This document shows, in pieces, positions 63,384 through 64,000 of a stretch of 64,000 bases of DNA (position 1 is its first letter; each line of letters begins with the position of its first letter). The DNA comes from Bugula neritina. Lineage: Eukaryota > Animalia > Bryozoa. The DNA lies in NCBI GenBank assembly GCA_964035545.1, contig OZ037767.1, positions 6,712,707 through 6,776,706 on the forward strand, written 5' to 3'. The notes beneath the pieces are model-generated. The model made no database searches and was not told the origin of the DNA. It worked only from the letters and a program-made list of their open reading frames with translations. The translations under genes and the position numbers were made by a program.

Positions 63384-64000
63384 CTACGTACGTCTACTCA
63401 AAGCTGTATTAATGTGGTGAAAGAGCGAGCAGCGTGGTTGTGAAACGTGACTATGACTTATTACCTCCGGCGTATGAATCTTATTTGAATTTCCGCCGAG
63501 GCAAAAGTTGATATTTTCGTGGTGCTCACAACTCCCACGCTCTGCTCCCTTCCCCTCACGGCGTCTCGTAGGACGTTTGACCGCGCCCTTAACGGAACGT
63601 GGTAAGTCCTTGCGATACGCGGGGCCTGGTTTAGGACACCGTTTCCAAGGTGTCGTCACTAACCAAGGCGGTTTACGCACCCGTGGACGGTCACGTCGCT
63701 TGGGTGGTGCCTCCAGCCAGTTTGTGACAAATGGAGCTTTCCTAGCATCTCCGTTCGGAGCCTGGGGAAGTGTTGTCTCCAGCCATGGTGGTTTACGCAC
63801 CCGTGGACGGTCACGTCTCACAGGTGGTGCTTCCAGCCAATTTGTGCCAAATGGAGCTTTCCCAGTACCTCCGCACGGAGCCCCTCCCTTGGGGGGTTTT
63901 TGCACTTCCAGGTCGGTTCCTGACCTAGGAAGTGGCGGTGGCGGCTTGCACGCTAACGGCGGTGAGCGCACTTCCTTGGACGGGTGTGGCTTTTCCTGCC
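63384..64000 (-). CDS. 5'-partial Pro/Arg-rich ORF, probably the C-terminal tail of pol/integrase
   Basis: The frame stays open to the window edge. It has two copies of PPxRRDRPRVRKPPWL, resembling the RRSxRxRKPPxWL motif that follows LTR-retrotransposon integrases. Confidence 0.5.
   Translation of the reverse strand, partial: QEKPHPSKEVRSPPLACKPPPPLPRSGTDLEVQKPPKGGAPCGGTGKAPFGTNWLEAPPVRRDRPRVRKPPWLETTLPQAPNGDARKAPFVTNWLEAPPKRRDRPRVRKPPWLVTTPWKRCPKPGPAYRKDLPRSVKGAVKRPTRRREGKGAERGSCEHHENINFCLGGNSNKIHTPEVISHSHVSQPRCSLFHHINTALSRRT
63646..63883. repeat. 120-bp (40-codon) tandem duplication within the retroelement ORF
   Basis: GGTTTACGCACCCGTGGACGGTCACGTC and CAAATGGAGCTTTCC recur at exactly 120-bp spacing. 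Confidence 0.92.

Larger units (their letters stand above)
61705..64000 (-). mobile_element. 3' portion of an LTR retrotransposon (probably Ty3/Gypsy-like), truncated by the window edge
   Basis: Abrupt switch to GC/CpG-rich intronless sequence, a PPT plus LTR, and two sense-strand ORFs upstream of the PPT. Confidence 0.7.

Overview
This is AT-rich, intron-containing invertebrate (metazoan) nuclear DNA, not prokaryotic; most short ORFs in the track are exon fragments or noise. I reconstructed six spliced genes by hand from GT-AG boundaries and reading-frame continuity. (1-2) Two tandem minus-strand SLC18B1/VPAT-like MFS transporter paralogs: copy A at 1430-7508 runs off the left edge, and copy B at 9075-15150 is complete (12 exons, about 463 aa). 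(3) A minus-strand membrane protein at 19846-25127 (about 320 aa) with signal peptide, a lone ZP-N domain and a betaglycan/TGFBR3-like TM helix. (4) RALBP1/RLIP76 at 28912-44436. (5) KAT5/Tip60 at 45031-50552. (6) A Toll-like receptor at 54703-59398 whose TIR domain is split by introns. Mobile DNA includes a CAC...GTG MITE nested in a SINE, a 3.3-kb non-autonomous TIR element, a hAT MITE, a small MITE family, decayed Gypsy and LINE relics, and the 3' end of a young-looking LTR retrotransposon at the right edge. The best leads are the retrotransposon's env-position ORF encoding C2H2 zinc fingers plus a coiled coil behind a splice acceptor, the minimal ZP-N-only betaglycan-like proteoglycan, loss of the conserved TM7 acidic residue in one SLC18B1 paralog, and a recurring TpA-rich hexamer tract beside apparent promoters. 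Family assignments come from recalled motifs; no searches were run.
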